64,000 nt of DNA from Pristiophorus japonicus (lineage: Eukaryota), in NCBI RefSeq assembly GCF_044704955.1, contig NC_091988.1:31248001-31312000 (forward strand), written 5' to 3'. Below the pieces are notes generated by a model. That model searched no databases and was not told where the DNA came from. It was given only the letters and a program-made list of their open reading frames with translations. A program made the position numbers and the translations under genes. Below are positions 61,985 to 64,000 of the stretch, piece after piece; the stretch's first letter is position 1, and every line of letters begins with the position of its first letter.

Positions 61985-62490
61985 GGTACAGAAGGGGGTG
62001 CAAAAAGATTTATAAGGATGATACCAGAACTGCGAAGTTATACCTATCAGGAAAGGATGAACAGGCTGGGTCACTTTTCTCTTTAAAAAGAGAAGGCAGA
62101 GGGATGACCTAATAGAGGTATTTAAAATTATGAAAGGTTTTGATAGAGTAGACACAGAGAGAGTGTTTCCATTTGTGGGGAAGAGCAAAACTAGAGGCCA
62201 CCAACATAAGATAGTTACTAAGAAATCAAATAGGAAATTCAGAAGGAACTTCTTTACCCAAAGGGTGGTGAGAATGTGGAACTCGCGACCACAAGGAGTA
62301 GTTGAGGCAAATAGTATAGATGCATTTAAGAGGAAACTAGTTAGCATATGCAGGAGAATGGAGTAGAGGGTTATGCTGATAGTTAGATGAGGGAGGATGG
62401 GAGGCGGCTCTAGTGGAGCATAAATCATGGCATGGACTGGTTGGGCCAACTGGCCTGTTTCTGTGCTGTATATACTATGTAATTCTTTGT
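61985..62490 (+). mobile_element. CR1 3' fragment
   Basis: ORF 62130-62366: MKGFDRVDTERVFP..TRGH..RRNFFTQRVVRMWNS. Confidence 0.85.
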
Positions 62491-62509
62491 CTTCTGAATG
62501 ATGCACACA

Positions 62510-63875
62510 TTAATGTGCAAATCGGACAGCAACTTGTAGCGAGGAAGAGATGCCCTGTGTTTTGTGAATCGATACAAATTGCTGGCCGATTTGCACTGCT
62601 CCACCATTAGCTTTGCAAATATGGCATCTCCGGAATTTTCTTGAAGTTGCTGCATTTGCACATTAATTGCCACAAACTCACCACAAACAGTTAAATCTAT
62701 TGATTAACAGTGTATGTAGCCTTTTAATGACTGTCAAGTAACCTCTCTTGTCCAGAAAGTGATCAAATATAAGTGTGGACTCTTATTTCTTCAGGTTGTG
62801 AATTGTTTCAGGAGATTAAAAAAGTGCAAAATTAAAATTTTTAAACATTTATTTTTTACTTTTCCTTTGTCTCTCTTTCCTCTCTCTCTCAATCCGATCT
62901 TTCTTTCTCTCATTTCTCTTTCTGTACCTGATTGACATTGAATTTGCCCACTCTAATTTACCCTCCTTCTCTGTCATTCCTCTGTTTATTTCTCAATCCT
63001 AAAACACACTATTTGTCCCGATCATCAATGTCCCAGATGCCCTGTTGCCCTCACTGCTGTTATCAACTCGCACTTCCAGCAACTTTGTGGGCAAATTTTA
63101 TTTAAACCTAAAAGTGTATAATCAAGTCTAACTAATGGGCATGCCGCGAGATGGCCCACTCCAGCTAAATCTATCTCATTGACCTGGATTTTGTCATCAG
63201 CCGCAAATGAACAGCGCCAAGCGTTCATTACACTTTCACTAGCCCGCTGACTTTCTGTGGGCTTTTGCACTGGAACTTGCAGTTATTAAAAATACAAAAC
63301 AGCACGGCACCCACTTACAAGGGATCTGGGGCCTGTGCGAACAAGGCAAGCAACTGTGTATCTTCTTAACCAATCGGATTGAAGAATCTTTACTGAGCCA
63401 CGCAGAGCCTGTACCAGGAAGTATAAGTTAGAATAGTTAATTCAATGCCAAATCATGTACATAAAGCCAAATAAAGAGAGGGAAAGATGGGATTAAGAGA
63501 AAAAAGTGTTTCATTTAAAGTTTTTAATTTTTAAAAATCTCCAACAATAATGAAAATCTGAAGGAATGAGACTCAACTCTTGTAAAAGTAAATTTTCAGT
63601 GCCAGATGGATTGTTTGGCAGTAATTAAGACTGACTACACTGTTAAAAGGGTACTTAGACTGAAATGGACAAGCCCTAACTTTCTGTGGCAATTTTAATC
63701 TGTATCTGCAGGAACTTCACTCCGTTTAATACATTTTAATGGAGAGCCAGACAGCAAGATGCTGTTTTCACACAGTTTATGGAGGAGCGGCGCATCTCAG
63801 ACAGCAATCTCCAGATTTTCATTTTTACCTGCGTTTGCCTGAAGTTGGCATCGCGTTAACAGTAAATACTGGCCC
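62510..63875. mobile_element. Two adjacent, oppositely oriented Harbinger-type MITE remnants
   Basis: 62530-63140 and 63200-63875 share reverse-complementary motifs (AGTGTGGACTCTTATTTCTTCAGG vs TGAAGGAATGAGACTC); TIR-like end AAATACTGGCCC. Confidence 0.4.
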
Positions 63876-64000
63876 ACTAAAATAAATTCTGCCTCAATAA
63901 CTTTTATACATTAAGTGCACCTTAATGAGGTGTGAACTAGTGAGTAAGCACAGCTGTTTCTGCTCAAAATAAACAGAGCACATAAGACAGTATAACTGGC

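Overview
Repeat-rich vertebrate genomic DNA, most likely from a cartilaginous fish (inferred from the CR1, L2, RTE, Penelope, DeuSINE and Harbinger repertoire). Three host genes are readable. (1) A complete four-exon RPS23 gene (+, 3915-9167, 143 aa) with a TCT/5'-TOP start. (2) A probable first coding exon of an ATP6AP1-like (Ac45-related) gene on the minus strand (3394-3494), head-to-head with RPS23 across a CpG-rich promoter. (3) The 5' end of an axonemal dynein heavy chain whose N-terminus resembles DNAH12 (+): an RFX X-box promoter near 28.8 kb, a non-coding first exon, and coding exons 35396-35571, 41657-41747, 58102-58128 and 61369-61558; the gene continues beyond the window. Much of the remainder is nested, mostly decayed transposons: two Gypsy LTR elements, a two-gene PIF/Harbinger element with related MITEs, many CR1 LINEs (one near full length with a tandem-monomer 5' UTR), and RTE, L2, Penelope-like and DeuSINE pieces. 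I cannot claim a new biological system with confidence. The best leads are the DNAH12-like gene in an unexpected neighbourhood, a possible CR1-driven alternative promoter that could splice into an ATG-initiating microexon, and several informative nested-insertion junctions. Protein and repeat family assignments come from recalled sequences, not from database searches.
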